From an uncultured Prochlorococcus sp. (lineage in GTDB: Bacteria; Cyanobacteriota; Cyanobacteriia; PCC-6307; Cyanobiaceae), in assembly GCA_902572075.1 (NCBI GenBank), contig CACGER010000005.1, positions 5,590 to 69,589 of the forward strand: a stretch of DNA of 64,000 nt. The letters are read 5' to 3'. Position numbers and translations under genes: made by a program. Position 1 is the stretch's first letter. Each line of letters starts with the position of its first letter. A model generated the notes under the pieces. It saw only the letters and a list, made by a program, of their open reading frames with translations. It searched no databases and was not told where the DNA came from. Below are positions 52,090 to 62,444 of the stretch, one piece after another.

Positions 52090-53406
52090 TTAAGATTTAT
52101 AAGAAATTATTGCAGAATAAAATCCATCACCAGGATAATCCAAGTTAGGTAAAATCTGCTTTTGGCTAACCAATTTTAAAGTTTTGTTTTTTTCAATAAA
52201 TCGTTCAATTAATCGATTATTTTCATCGGGACAAATAGTACAAGTTGAATAAACTAAAGTACCATCTTTTTTCAAAAGAGGAAAAATACTCTCCAAAAGT
52301 TTTTCCTGTAATAAAGTTAAAGATTTTATTTTTTCTTTGCTTAAAGACCATCTAGAATCTGGATTCCTGGAAAGAGTTCCAATCCCTGAACATGGAGCAT
52401 CTAATAAAATCTTATCAAAATAAGATATAAACTTAGGATTTAATTCAATCAAACTCGTAGCATCAGCCTTAATGGTATTAACAGATTTCAAATTTAACCT
52501 TTCTAAATTTGATTGCAGTATTTTCAATCTTTTTGCTGATCTATCTACGGCAATGATTTCAGCAGTATCATTTGTTAATTCTGCAAGGTGGGTGGACTTA
52601 CTTCCTGGAGCTGCACAAGCATCTAAAATCTTTTCACCTTCTTTTGGATTTAAGAGAGGTGCTATCCACTGAGAAGATCTATCTTGAATTGTCCAAAGTC
52701 CATCACTATATCCTGGTAAATTTTTTATAGATCTTGGATTAGATTTTAAAGTAATTCCATTATGTAAATCTTTAATAATTTCAGCATCAATTTTATTTTC
52801 ATGCAGTACTTTCAAAAAGTTATCTAAATTAGTTTTTAATTGGTTAATTCTCAAATCAATTGATGGTTTTTTATTAAATGCCTTAATGATATTTTCACCC
52901 TCGCTATTGCCGAACCATTTATAAAGATCCTTCACAAGCCATAGTGGAAATGATTCAAGATATGAAATTCTTTCTTTTCTATCAGAAGATAATTCCGGAA
53001 AGATTTTTTGTTCTAATTTTCTTGATGCATTTCTCAATATCGCATTTACTGTTCCCGCTAAACCATTTAAATCTGTTTTTTTAGCTACTTCTACAGTGGT
53101 AGAAATAGCAGCAGGAAATGGGATTTTATCCATTTTCAATAGTTGATAAAGACCTATATGTAGAAGCCATCTTAACTTTGGAGGCTGCTTTTTATGAGTA
53201 ATTTTTGATGTATGATCCGTCCAAAGATCAAGAAATTTTCTATACCTTATGCATCCAAAAGATAATTCCGTGATAAAAGCTATATCAAGAGAATTAAATT
53301 GATAATTTTTTAAAACCTTTTCAAGAGCATGATCAGAAAAATCACCAGAACTAACTTTTAATAAAATTTCCCAAGATGCCTTTCTTTGTAAATATCCTAT
53401 GCTCAA
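52090..53406 (-). CDS. rsmB: 16S rRNA m5C967 methyltransferase RsmB (Sun/Fmu)
   Basis: NusB-like N-terminal domain, DACAAPGSKS, LDAPCSG.G, YSTCT. Confidence 0.95.
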   Translation of the reverse strand: MSIGYLQRKASWEILLKVSSGDFSDHALEKVLKNYQFNSLDIAFITELSFGCIRYRKFLDLWTDHTSKITHKKQPPKLRWLLHIGLYQLLKMDKIPFPAAISTTVEVAKKTDLNGLAGTVNAILRNASRKLEQKIFPELSSDRKERISYLESFPLWLVKDLYKWFGNSEGENIIKAFNKKPSIDLRINQLKTNLDNFLKVLHENKIDAEIIKDLHNGITLKSNPRSIKNLPGYSDGLWTIQDRSSQWIAPLLNPKEGEKILDACAAPGSKSTHLAELTNDTAEIIAVDRSAKRLKILQSNLERLNLKSVNTIKADATSLIELNPKFISYFDKILLDAPCSGIGTLSRNPDSRWSLSKEKIKSLTLLQEKLLESIFPLLKKDGTLVYSTCTICPDENNRLIERFIEKNKTLKLVSQKQILPNLDYPGDGFYSAIISYKS

Positions 53407-53457
53407 AATATAATTAATTTTTTAAAGATAACTTTAATATACAAAAAATTCAAAAAT

Positions 53458-53565
53458 TTAAACTACTTTTTCAAATGCAGAATTAAACCAAATAAAACCT
53501 AAGATAGAAATAAGTGAAAGATTAAATCCTAAAAAAAGAAAGATATTTAAAGAATGAATTTTCAC
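53458..53565 (-). CDS. Possible 35-aa single-TM microprotein
   Basis: GTG-started ORF MKIHSLNIFLFLGFNLSLISILGFIWFNSAFEKVV; hydrophobic, but could be chance in AT-rich DNA. Confidence 0.3.
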   Translation of the reverse strand: MKIHSLNIFLFLGFNLSLISILGFIWFNSAFEKVV

Positions 53566-53618
53566 GAAAAAATATTTTTTTCTCTTTTTGATACTTCATT
53601 ATTAAAATAAAAACTTAT

Positions 53619-53798
53619 TCAGGATTTCAAACGGCAACCAACATTGATAGATCCTGCATCAAGCATTCTGCCTAATTTAATTGCTATGGATTCCTCCAAC
53701 CTAGTGAAGTTAGATTGATGGGTAGTTATCCAATCTAATTCAGAAAAAGTTATAATTCCTGTCGAATTACTTTTTAAAAAAAGTGTTCCAATTTCCAT
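53619..53798 (-). CDS. Small hypothetical protein (59 aa)
   Basis: Hand translation MEIGTLFLKSNSTGIITFSELDWITTHQSNFTRLEESIAIKLGRMLDAGSINVGCRLKS; ATG start, higher GC than its flanks, globular composition. Confidence 0.7.
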   Translation of the reverse strand: MEIGTLFLKSNSTGIITFSELDWITTHQSNFTRLEESIAIKLGRMLDAGSINVGCRLKS

Positions 53799-53904
53799 TA
53801 GATAAAGCTAATATTTTTATAACTTAACATCCGTACTTAATATTTCTTCACCACATAATATTCTTTTAATTTTTCAAAGACAACTGTAGGTTAGTACTCT
53901 TAAT

Positions 53905-55395
53905 TTATTGAATATCTCTTAAAAATTTATCGGCCGTTTTTAAGTGATTATTTAATTTTTCCTCTGACATTTTATCGAGATTTCTCGTTAACATTGCCAG
54001 ACGATATTGCTTTCTAAAAAAGCTTTCATTATCTTTAATAAATTTCCAAAATAAGCCATCCCATATTTCACACCATGGGCCACTTTTAAAATTAGACATT
54101 TTTTTTACATAGTTAGAGCTTGATATATATGGCTTTGTTGAAAAGATACCACCATCACTAAACTGACTCATTCCGTAAACATTTGGGACCATAACCCAAT
54201 CATAGGAATCAATAAACATTTCCATAAACCACTTATAAACTTGGTTAGGGTGAATTCTACATAGAAGCATAAAGTTGCCAAGAATCATTAGCCGCTCAAT
54301 ATGATGACAATAACCAAATTTAATAATATTTTTTATAACAACATCTACTGGTTCGATTCCTGTATTTCCTTGATAAAAAGATTTTGGAATTGGCTTATCT
54401 TCAAAATTCCAAAAATTACTATTTCGCATCTTTGTTCCGTACTTTTTATAGACGAGGCAAATAAATTCTCTCCATCCAATAATTTGACGAATAAAACCCT
54501 CTAAAGAGTTAATAGGAACATTATTATTTTTTGCAAAAAGTAATGCTTTATTTACTACTACATTTGGGGTTAATAAGCCGCTATTTAAAAGAGGAGAAAG
54601 TAAACTGTGCCATAAAAAAGAATTTTCTTTAGAAATAGCATCCTCATAATCTCCAAATAAGAAAAATCTATGTTTAAAAAAATCATTTAACCATTCATCT
54701 GCCTCTTCAAAATTAGTTGGATATAAAAAGTTATTACTTTCTCCAATAAACTCAATATCAAAATTGTCTAATGACCTTTCTGCATTAACTACAAATTTAT
54801 TTTTTTGTAATTTAGGTATATGAGGAATATTTATATTTTTTGGTAATTTTTTTCTGTTCATTTCATCGAAACTCCATTTACCACCTTCAGGTGTATCATC
54901 AGGATTAACTAATATCTTTTGGCTTTTTCTTTGATTCTCATAAAATCTCCCCATAAGTGGTTTTTTTGCATTTGATGCAAATAAATCTTTTAAATCTTGA
55001 CTGCTCATAAACATAGGAGAAGGCAAAATATTTAAAGCTAAATTATTACTTTCAACAAAATTATTAATTCTCTTCATTATTAAAAAATCATGAGGGTCAA
55101 TGAGATTTATTTTCTGATATTTATTTTTAATTAATTCTGATAAGTAATCAACTGTAGAAAAATTATCCTTGTTTTCGATATATAAGACTTTAAAGCCAGA
55201 TATTTCTAAATAATTTTTATAAGCGAGCATAGATGCTCTATGAAAAACCAACTTATTTTTATGGTTAATTAATTTATGAAATTTATCATTTCCAAAGAAT
55301 AATGAGTCTTCCAAAATCAAAACTTCACAATTTATTTTTAAGATTGGGCTTTCTCTAAAAAGTTGATTCGGGAAAATAATTGATACTTGTTTCAT
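53905..55395 (-). CDS. Cryptochrome/photolyase family, bacterial (6-4)/FeS-BCP type
   Basis: [62 protein letters not shown]; ATG 55395 preferred. Confidence 0.92.
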   Translation of the reverse strand: MKQVSIIFPNQLFRESPILKINCEVLILEDSLFFGNDKFHKLINHKNKLVFHRASMLAYKNYLEISGFKVLYIENKDNFSTVDYLSELIKNKYQKINLIDPHDFLIMKRINNFVESNNLALNILPSPMFMSSQDLKDLFASNAKKPLMGRFYENQRKSQKILVNPDDTPEGGKWSFDEMNRKKLPKNINIPHIPKLQKNKFVVNAERSLDNFDIEFIGESNNFLYPTNFEEADEWLNDFFKHRFFLFGDYEDAISKENSFLWHSLLSPLLNSGLLTPNVVVNKALLFAKNNNVPINSLEGFIRQIIGWREFICLVYKKYGTKMRNSNFWNFEDKPIPKSFYQGNTGIEPVDVVIKNIIKFGYCHHIERLMILGNFMLLCRIHPNQVYKWFMEMFIDSYDWVMVPNVYGMSQFSDGGIFSTKPYISSSNYVKKMSNFKSGPWCEIWDGLFWKFIKDNESFFRKQYRLAMLTRNLDKMSEEKLNNHLKTADKFLRDIQ

Positions 55396-55523
55396 CTTTG
55401 CGACTTCCTCTGACTGCATCTTTTTGAACAGTAGATAACATCATCCCAACAATTTTTCCATTTTTTACGCCACTCAAACGGCCTATTGCAAACAGGACAA
55501 GTTTTAGTAGGAAGATTTTTCAA
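55392..55523 (-). CDS. DUF2256 family Cys-rich protein (43 aa)
   Basis: Hand translation (TTG start) [43 protein letters not shown]; stop overlaps the photolyase ATG (ATGA). Confidence 0.88.
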   Translation of the reverse strand: MKNLPTKTCPVCNRPFEWRKKWKNCWDDVIYCSKRCSQRKSQR

Positions 55524-55526
55524 AAT

Positions 55527-55763
55527 TTATAATTTTCTTTTATGAGTAGATTTAAATCTAGTTGAATCTTTAAGGGCCATATGTTTTGTATTCCTTCCCG
55601 AAACTCTCTTTCTCCAGACTTTGAAAGATTTGGGTTTAAGATTTTGACGCATAATTTTTATCGCATCTTCCTCTTTTAAACCAAATTGATACTCGATAGC
55701 CTCAAAGGGTGTTCTATCTTCCCAACACATTTCTATTATTCTGTCTATATCAATACTTTCCAT
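55527..55763 (-). CDS. TIGR03643 / DUF2805 family protein
   Basis: DRIIEM.WEDRTPFEAI..QFGL.E...I..MR..LK..SF..WRKRV.GR.TKH signature. Confidence 0.88.
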   Translation of the reverse strand: MESIDIDRIIEMCWEDRTPFEAIEYQFGLKEEDAIKIMRQNLKPKSFKVWRKRVSGRNTKHMALKDSTRFKSTHKRKL

Positions 55764-55765
55764 AT

Positions 55766-56158
55766 TTATTGTTCACATTGTGAGGTACAAAATTTTTCAA
55801 TATTTGATCTACCTGTAATTTGAAGTCTATATTTTGCCCAATATCTGTAAACCAATCTCAATAATGGAGATAAGAGCTTAATCTTCAAGGGATAATAAAC
55901 CCAACCTAAACCAACTAATTCATAAGAATATGCAAGTACATCTAGTCCCCTAATAATTTCACCATTTTCAATAATCCCATGCAGGTTTGACATGGCTTCT
56001 GAATATGAGATGTCATAAAAAAGACTTTGATCATAATCCTTACTATTAATATCTATAAATGCAATTTGATTTAAGGTGTCTCTTTTTTTTAGAAAATTTG
56101 TTTCTCTCAAACAAAGTGGGCATCCACCATCGAATAAAAAAGTTAATTTATTTTTCAT
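55766..56158 (-). CDS. DCC family thiol-disulfide oxidoreductase (DUF393)
   Basis: FDGGCPLC (DxxCxxC) N-terminal motif and Y..WA..R; ATG 56158 preferred. Confidence 0.9.
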   Translation of the reverse strand: MKNKLTFLFDGGCPLCLRETNFLKKRDTLNQIAFIDINSKDYDQSLFYDISYSEAMSNLHGIIENGEIIRGLDVLAYSYELVGLGWVYYPLKIKLLSPLLRLVYRYWAKYRLQITGRSNIEKFCTSQCEQ

Positions 56159-56292
56159 ATTTTTATTCAAATATAGAAATTAAATAACTTTTTTGTGGAA
56201 TAAAAAATTTTTTTTAGAGTACAAACTTTATAAAGCCTTAATAATTGCCAGTTCTAATTTAGTTAAATTATATTATCTTATTAATTAATAAG

Positions 56293-56318
56293 CCATTGAT
56301 TAAGGGATACATCAATGG
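56293..56318. other. Inverted repeat / hairpin downstream of the 67-aa ORF
   Basis: CCATTGAT-N10-ATCAATGG, a perfect 8-bp stem; no clear U-tract. Confidence 0.4.
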
Positions 56319-56335
56319 TTTAAAATTATTCATGA

Positions 56336-56539
56336 TCATTCATCTAGAAGATGAACTCCTTCTCCTACATCAGGAGTAAATTTACAATATTTTTCAAAAA
56401 TAAGTCCAACACCTCTCATTTTTTCTCCTAATTCATCGTTAAATTTATTCCATTCTTCCGATTCACGATCAGGCAAATCCCACCCTTGTTTTTCTACCAT
56501 ACTTGTTATTACTGTATAGTCCCATTCTATGTATGCCAT
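56336..56539 (-). CDS. Hypothetical acidic protein (67 aa)
   Basis: Stand-alone ATG ORF in an otherwise intergenic stretch; no family recognised. Confidence 0.6.
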   Translation of the reverse strand: MAYIEWDYTVITSMVEKQGWDLPDRESEEWNKFNDELGEKMRGVGLIFEKYCKFTPDVGEGVHLLDE

Positions 56540-56635
56540 TGAGTTAATTTAAACTACCAAAATATTATAAACCAAGAGATTTAATAGGTAATCAATATTT
56601 TTTGAATATAATTTAAAAGTGTGAAAAAATTATAA

Positions 56636-57307
56636 ATGTCAATTTTGCCAAGAAGATTTGAACGAATCAAAAGTGTTTTAGATTGCAGAATGAAAAACTT
56701 GACTGTTTTAGTTGAGGATGTCAATAAACCACATAATTTATCTGCGATATTAAGGACATGTGATGCAGCAGGAGTTTTCGAAGCAAATTTTATTAGCAAA
56801 ACGAATGCCGTTAAGACTTTTAATAGTACTGCTCAAGGGAGTCAAAAATGGGTAAAACTGAATAATCATGAAAACACTATCAAAGCAATATCTGATTTAA
56901 AGAATAAGGGTTTTAAATTATATGGAACGACTCTTAATAGTGAATCAGTAGATTATAAAAATTTTGATTATTCTCAAAATACATGTTTTGTTTTAGGAGC
57001 AGAAAAATGGGGACTAAGTAATGAACTTATATCAATGGTTGATCAATCAATTTTTATACCTATGAGAGGTATGGTTCAATCTCTGAATGTTTCAGTTGCT
57101 GCTTCTATATTATTATTTGAAGCTGTTCGTCAAAGAAAAAATAAAGGTATATTGCCCGCTAATGGAGAAGGGTTAAATATGCATGAATATCAAAAAACAC
57201 TTTTTGAATGGTGTTACCCAGAATTAGCTGCGGTGTATAAAAAATCAGCTAAAGAATATCCAAAGTTGAATGATCAAGGAGAAATTGATCCGGCTACAGA
57301 TAACTAA
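56636..57307 (+). CDS. trmH: tRNA (guanosine-2'-O)-methyltransferase TrmH (SpoU)
   Basis: KPHNLSAILRTCDA.G, GAEKWG, IPM.GMVQSLNVSVA. Confidence 0.94.
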   Translation: MSILPRRFERIKSVLDCRMKNLTVLVEDVNKPHNLSAILRTCDAAGVFEANFISKTNAVKTFNSTAQGSQKWVKLNNHENTIKAISDLKNKGFKLYGTTLNSESVDYKNFDYSQNTCFVLGAEKWGLSNELISMVDQSIFIPMRGMVQSLNVSVAASILLFEAVRQRKNKGILPANGEGLNMHEYQKTLFEWCYPELAAVYKKSAKEYPKLNDQGEIDPATDN

Positions 57308-57309
57308 AT

Positions 57310-58155
57310 TTATTCAGAATTTTGAATATCAAAAATTTCTTCAAGGTCCTCTCCTATAAAAGAAAGACCTAAAACTAAAAAAAACATTGCCAAACCTGGG
57401 AACAAAGCCGTCCACCAAATACCTGTAGGTAAAGCGGCAAGAGCCAGATTTAAATCACTTCCCCACTCTGGGACATCTGCAGGAACGCCAAGGCCTAAAA
57501 ATCCTAAACTTCCTAATACTAAAACAGCATCTGCAGCATTTAGGGTAAGCAGAATAGGCAATGGTGTTATTACATTTGGGAGAATATATTTAAAAATAAT
57601 TTTTTTAACATCAGCTCCTGCTACTTGAGCTGCCTCAACGTAAGTTTCAGATTTAACCAATATTGTCTGATTTCTGATTAATCTAAAATATTGAGGAGAG
57701 TAAACAATACACAATGCCAAAGCCGCGTTAAGGATACCTTTACCCAATACAAAAGCCACAACAACTGAAAGCAAAATTACAGGTATTGAAAAAATAGTAT
57801 CCATTATTAGTGATAAGCATTTATCAAAAAAACCACCAAAATATCCACTTAATAATCCCAATGGCAAACCCAAACTTAATGAAAAAAGAATAGCTAAGAA
57901 TACAACTTCTATCGCTAATGATGATCCTTGCAAAGTTCTTAAGCAAACATCTCTTCCTAATCTATCTGTGCCACAAAAATGATTAAGAGAAGGAGGGGCA
58001 AAGATATCATTGCTTAACATTGAAAATGAATAGCCAAAAAAATTATTGGCCTCTAAAAATTTCATTATTAAAACAACAAGAAGATAAAAAATTACAATTA
58101 AAAATCCAGCTTTTCTGATATTTGCGCCGACATGATTAAATGAGTTAATATCCAA
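57310..58155 (-). CDS. dppC: Peptide/nickel ABC transporter permease (DppC-like)
   Basis: PPS..H..GTD.LGRD, YVEAA...GA, LGFLGLG....PEWG. Confidence 0.88.
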   Translation of the reverse strand: MDINSFNHVGANIRKAGFLIVIFYLLVVLIMKFLEANNFFGYSFSMLSNDIFAPPSLNHFCGTDRLGRDVCLRTLQGSSLAIEVVFLAILFSLSLGLPLGLLSGYFGGFFDKCLSLIMDTIFSIPVILLSVVVAFVLGKGILNAALALCIVYSPQYFRLIRNQTILVKSETYVEAAQVAGADVKKIIFKYILPNVITPLPILLTLNAADAVLVLGSLGFLGLGVPADVPEWGSDLNLALAALPTGIWWTALFPGLAMFFLVLGLSFIGEDLEEIFDIQNSE

Positions 58156-58234
58156 AATCTTTTTTTACAGATATAGATGAAATATACCCAATTATTTTAA
58201 AAATAAATAGCTATAAATTTTAAATTAAAAGAAA

Positions 58235-60043
58235 TTACTGGTTTAATTTCAAGACTGCCATAAAAGCTTCTTGAGGTACTTCAACTTTACCCATTGCCTT
58301 CATCCTCTTTTTACCTTTGGCTTGTTTCTTTAAAAGTTTCTTTTTCCTAGAAATATCTCCTCCATAACATTTAGATAAAACATCTTTTCGCAAAGCACTT
58401 ATGCTTTCACTTGCAATAATCCTGCTACCGATTGATGCTTGAATGGGTATTTTAAATTGTTGTTTTGGAATAAGTTCTTTTAATTTCTCAACTAAACTTC
58501 TGCCGATTCCATAAGCCTTATCTTTATGAACAATAGAAGTTAATGGATCTGCCCTTTCTGAATTTATTAGAACATCTAATCTAACAAGGTCATTTTTTCT
58601 ATAGCCAATCAAATGATATTCCATTGATGCATAACCTTGGGTTCTACTTTTCATTTGATCAAAGAAATCTGTAACAACTTCTGCTAATGGAATTTCATAA
58701 ATCAAGGTAACTCGATCTGTTGTTATGTATTTCATATCTATAAATACTCCCCTTCTTTCCTGACATAAACCCATTAATGTTCCATTAAATTCATTGGGAG
58801 CATAAATTTCCATTTTCACATAAGGCTCTTCTATTGATTCTCTAAGTTGTGGATCAGGAATTGTTGAAGGATTATCTATAAAGATATGTTCCTGCTGATT
58901 TAAATTAACTTTATAAATAACTGATGGTGCCGTTACGATTAGATCCAAGTCATATTCTCTTTCTAATCTTTCTTGAACAATCTCCATATGAAGAAGTCCT
59001 AGGAATCCGCACCTAAATCCGAAGCCCATTGCGCTACTGGTTTCGGGCTCATATTTTAAAGCCGCATCAGATAATTGTAATTTTTCTAGTGATACTCTTA
59101 AATCTGGGAATTGATCAGCATCAGTCGGGAATAAGCCACAAAAAACCATAGGATTTGCTGTCTTATATCCAGGCAAAGGATCATTGGCAGGTGAATTTAA
59201 AAGAGTAATCGTATCCCCCACTCTCGCATCAGCAACCGATTTTATAGAAGCAGCTAAATAGCCAACTTCTCCTGCATGTAATTCATCAACTTGCTGTTGA
59301 TCAGGCGCCATTATTCCTATCTCATCTAGTTCATAATTTTTCTTACTTGCCATTAATAGTATTTTTTCTCTCTTATTTAGAGACCCAGATATCACCCTGA
59401 AATAAACAATCACACCTCTGTAAGGATCATAATAAGAATCAAAAATCAGTGCCTTTGTAGGTAGTTTAATTTCATCTTGAGGAGAAGGTACTCTTCTTAC
59501 GATTGCTTCCAAAATATCTTTAATACCAACTCCAGTTTTTGCTGAACAATTTATTGCATTAGATGTATCAAGTCCAATAATTTCCTCTATTTCTTGTTTT
59601 ATTTTTTCAGCATCAGCCCCTGGTAAATCAACTTTATTTAAAACAGGAATTATTTCAAGATTATTTTCTAAGGCAAGATAAACATTAGCTAAGGTTTGAG
59701 CTTCTACTCCTTGACTTGCATCAACAACAAGTAAGGCGCCTTCACAAGCTTGAAGAGATCTACTAACCTCATAAGAGAAATCAACATGCCCTGGAGTATC
59801 TATTAAGTTCAAAACATATTCTTGGGAATCGTCAGCTTTATATTTCATCCTAGCGGCCTGTAACTTGATAGTAATTCCTCTCTCTCTTTCAAGATCCATA
59901 CTATCCAAAAATTGTTCTTGCATATCCCTTTGCTGCACAGTACCAGTATCTTGAAGTAACCTATCTGCAAGGGTAGATTTACCATGGTCAATATGAGCGA
60001 TTATGCAGAAATTTCTAATTTGTGAAACCGATATATCAGTCAT
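58235..60043 (-). CDS. lepA: Elongation factor 4
   Basis: [45 protein letters not shown]. Confidence 0.98.
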   Translation of the reverse strand: MTDISVSQIRNFCIIAHIDHGKSTLADRLLQDTGTVQQRDMQEQFLDSMDLERERGITIKLQAARMKYKADDSQEYVLNLIDTPGHVDFSYEVSRSLQACEGALLVVDASQGVEAQTLANVYLALENNLEIIPVLNKVDLPGADAEKIKQEIEEIIGLDTSNAINCSAKTGVGIKDILEAIVRRVPSPQDEIKLPTKALIFDSYYDPYRGVIVYFRVISGSLNKREKILLMASKKNYELDEIGIMAPDQQQVDELHAGEVGYLAASIKSVADARVGDTITLLNSPANDPLPGYKTANPMVFCGLFPTDADQFPDLRVSLEKLQLSDAALKYEPETSSAMGFGFRCGFLGLLHMEIVQERLEREYDLDLIVTAPSVIYKVNLNQQEHIFIDNPSTIPDPQLRESIEEPYVKMEIYAPNEFNGTLMGLCQERRGVFIDMKYITTDRVTLIYEIPLAEVVTDFFDQMKSRTQGYASMEYHLIGYRKNDLVRLDVLINSERADPLTSIVHKDKAYGIGRSLVEKLKELIPKQQFKIPIQASIGSRIIASESISALRKDVLSKCYGGDISRKKKLLKKQAKGKKRMKAMGKVEVPQEAFMAVLKLNQ

Positions 60044-60098
60044 ATAGAAAGAAAAATTCTCCTCTTATTGCATCTTGATTAATATTAGCTAATTAGAA

Positions 60099-61595
60099 TT
60101 ATGGATGGAAACCAAAAATGGAATTATTTCTTTTTTTAATTTCTTTTATGAAGGTACTGTAATTTTCAGAGACTGATAGTTCTGGATAAATTAAGTCATT
60201 TATTTTTTTCTGAATATTATGCTTATCGTTTAAAAATAAAACAGATTTTTCTAGAACCTCAACCATAATTGAAACCGCAGTACTTGCTCCCGGAGAGGCT
60301 CCCAACAAAGCAGATAATGATCCATCAGATGAATTTACAATCTCAGTTCCAAATTTCAAAGAACCACCCCCTTCAGTTTTTTTAATTATTTGGACTCTTT
60401 GACCAGCATTCTTTAAATACCAATCAGAAGGATTAGCTGATGGCATCATATTCTTTAAATTCTCAACTCTTGAGTTATGGTTCTTTAATGATTGTGATAT
60501 TAGGTAATTAATTAAATCGTTGTTCCTGAAACCAACGTCTAACATAGAAAAAATATTATTCTTTTTAATTGAACTAAATAAATCAAAGTATGAACTTTGT
60601 TTTAGAAATTTCGTTGTAAATCCAGCAAAGGGTCCATATAAAAGAAGTTTTTTATTATCAATCCATCTTGTATCTAAATGAGGCACAGACATTGGTGGCG
60701 ATCCAATATCAGCTTTACCATAAACTTTTGAGTTATGTTTTTCTGTTAGATCTTTTTTCTCACAAATAAGCCATTTCCCACTAACAGGGAATCCACCATA
60801 TATTTTTGCTTCTGGAATTTTTGATTTTTGTAAATAATTTATTGTTTTTCCACCAGCACCAAGAAAAACATAGCCAGTTCTAATTGAAGTTTTTCTTCCT
60901 TCATTACTTATTTCTAGTTCCCATTGTTTTTTATCAATTTTCTTTAAATCTACTAATTCTGTTTTGTATCTAATTTCAACATTTTTGTTAGAGGAAACTA
61001 ATGATAAATACTCTTTAGTTAAAGCCTCAAAATTAATATCAGTTCCTCTATCTATTCTGGTAGCAGCAATTTGAGTAGATGGATTTCTATCTTTTGTTAT
61101 TAGAGGAGCCCATGATGAAATTTCATCAAAAGATGTAGAAAATTCCATATCGATAAATTCAGGATTTTCGGTCATTTTCTGAAATCTTTTTTTTAAAAAA
61201 GAAATATTATCCTGACCAGAAACAAAGCTAATATGAGGAATAAATTTTAGAAACTTCTTGATATCAATTTTCCCTGCTTCATACAATGAGGCCCACAAAG
61301 ACATGGATGTCTCAAAAGAACGATTTATTGAGAGCGCTTTATCTATTTTTAGATTTCCTTTTTCATCTAAAGGGGTATAGTTTAATTCGCAATTAGCCGC
61401 ATGTCCTGTACCTGCATTATTAAAAGCGCCAGTACTTTCACTTCCTGGACCATTTAATTTTTCTATGATAAGAAATTTTATATCTGGTAAAACTTCTGAA
61501 ATTAGGAGGGCTAAAGTACTACTCATTATCCCTGCTCCTACTAAGACTGCATCAAAGTAGCTATTGTCATTAGTGGGATTTTTAGATGAAGTCAC
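60099..61595 (-). CDS. mqo: Malate:quinone oxidoreductase
   Basis: [50 protein letters not shown]. Confidence 0.96.
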   Translation of the reverse strand: MTSSKNPTNDNSYFDAVLVGAGIMSSTLALLISEVLPDIKFLIIEKLNGPGSESTGAFNNAGTGHAANCELNYTPLDEKGNLKIDKALSINRSFETSMSLWASLYEAGKIDIKKFLKFIPHISFVSGQDNISFLKKRFQKMTENPEFIDMEFSTSFDEISSWAPLITKDRNPSTQIAATRIDRGTDINFEALTKEYLSLVSSNKNVEIRYKTELVDLKKIDKKQWELEISNEGRKTSIRTGYVFLGAGGKTINYLQKSKIPEAKIYGGFPVSGKWLICEKKDLTEKHNSKVYGKADIGSPPMSVPHLDTRWIDNKKLLLYGPFAGFTTKFLKQSSYFDLFSSIKKNNIFSMLDVGFRNNDLINYLISQSLKNHNSRVENLKNMMPSANPSDWYLKNAGQRVQIIKKTEGGGSLKFGTEIVNSSDGSLSALLGASPGASTAVSIMVEVLEKSVLFLNDKHNIQKKINDLIYPELSVSENYSTFIKEIKKRNNSIFGFHP

Positions 61596-61665
61596 AACAG
61601 AAAATTATCTTTTTTGCAATTAATCAGATTTCTTTCTAGGCTTATTATAAAGTTAATCCAAAATT

Positions 61666-61911
61666 ATGAGTACTGAAACACTCTCGCTAACAAACGAAAA
61701 TGTAGAAAAAGTCCTTGACGAACTAAGACCTTTTTTAATTTCAGATGGAGGTAATGTAGAGATTGCAGAAATAGATGGTCCAATTGTCAAAGTCAGACTT
61801 CAAGGAGCATGTGGTAGTTGCCCAAGTAGTACTATGACTCTCAAAATGGGTATTGAAAGAAAGTTAAAAGAAATGATTCCTGAAATAAGCGAAGTTGTCC
61901 AGGTTTTATAA
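61666..61911 (+). CDS. nifU: NifU/Nfu Fe-S cluster scaffold
   Basis: [25 protein letters not shown]. Confidence 0.93.
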   Translation: MSTETLSLTNENVEKVLDELRPFLISDGGNVEIAEIDGPIVKVRLQGACGSCPSSTMTLKMGIERKLKEMIPEISEVVQVL

Positions 61912-61932
61912 ATTTTTTAACTGAAATATATA

Positions 61933-62190
61933 TTATTTAGTTTTTAATTCCTTCAACAAAGATGATTCCATATCAAGGCAATCAATTGGAAGTCCTTGAC
62001 CAATAGCGATTAAAAGAGGTGCAAGTATTCCTAAAGTAAAAACTAAATTTGATTGGCTTACATCATATTTACTCAAAGTAAAAGTTATTAAATAAATAAT
62101 TGAAAAATAAGCATGTAGTGAAAAAAATTCTTTTGGCTTTAACACTGGCCACCTTAAAGTATTTCCCAAGAAATATAAAAAACCTGTCAT
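61933..62190 (-). CDS. Small membrane hypothetical protein (85 aa)
   Basis: ATG ORF with two hydrophobic stretches, convergent on nifU. Confidence 0.65.
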   Translation of the reverse strand: MTGFLYFLGNTLRWPVLKPKEFFSLHAYFSIIYLITFTLSKYDVSQSNLVFTLGILAPLLIAIGQGLPIDCLDMESSLLKELKTK

Positions 62191-62340
62191 AAATAAATAG
62201 TTACATGAAGATTAAACCAAATATAAACATAAACCTTTTTAGAGACTATTTATAAAAAAATTTACCTAAGATAATAATTAAAAAAACATTAAATCTTCGT
62301 TTCTATTTGTAAAAGCTAGACATCCCTAGATAAATACGCT

Positions 62341-62346
62341 TATAAT
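62341..62346 (+). promoter_or_regulatory. -10 box of the riboswitch/DUF4278 transcript
   Basis: Perfect TATAAT ending 25 nt upstream of the riboswitch. Confidence 0.6.
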
Positions 62347-62352
62347 AATTTG

Positions 62353-62366
62353 GTAGCAATTGCTAC
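62353..62366. promoter_or_regulatory. NtcA binding site in repressor position
   Basis: GTAGCAATTGCTAC = GTA-N8-TAC, a perfect 14-bp palindrome 6 nt downstream of TATAAT. Confidence 0.8.
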
Positions 62367-62371
62367 TTTTT

Positions 62372-62425
62372 CGTTCACCCTCTTTGAGGGCGCAGTTCGA
62401 GTCATACCATGGAACGGGGGATGGC
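62372..62425 (+). ncRNA. Glutamine-II (Downstream-peptide) riboswitch
   Basis: CGTTC...GAACG P1 stem, CCCTC-TTT-GAGGG hairpin, GCGCAGTTCGA and CCATGGAACG conserved strings, GTCAT/ATGGC pseudoknot; directly upstream of a DUF4278 peptide. Confidence 0.85.
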
Positions 62426-62444
62426 CGTGTTGTCACATCGAAAC

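Noticed and set aside
56255-56290. AT-rich stretch (TAAATTATATTATCTTATT) loosely resembling a Xer/dif arm; similar CACATAATATT near 53852
   Set aside because: The match is too degenerate for such AT-rich DNA and no complete 28-bp dif structure is present.
56581-56799. 72-aa minus-strand ORF
   Set aside because: Mostly antisense to trmH.
62409-62444. Upstream ATG extending the DUF4278 ORF
   Set aside because: This ATG is part of the conserved CCATGGAACG riboswitch string.
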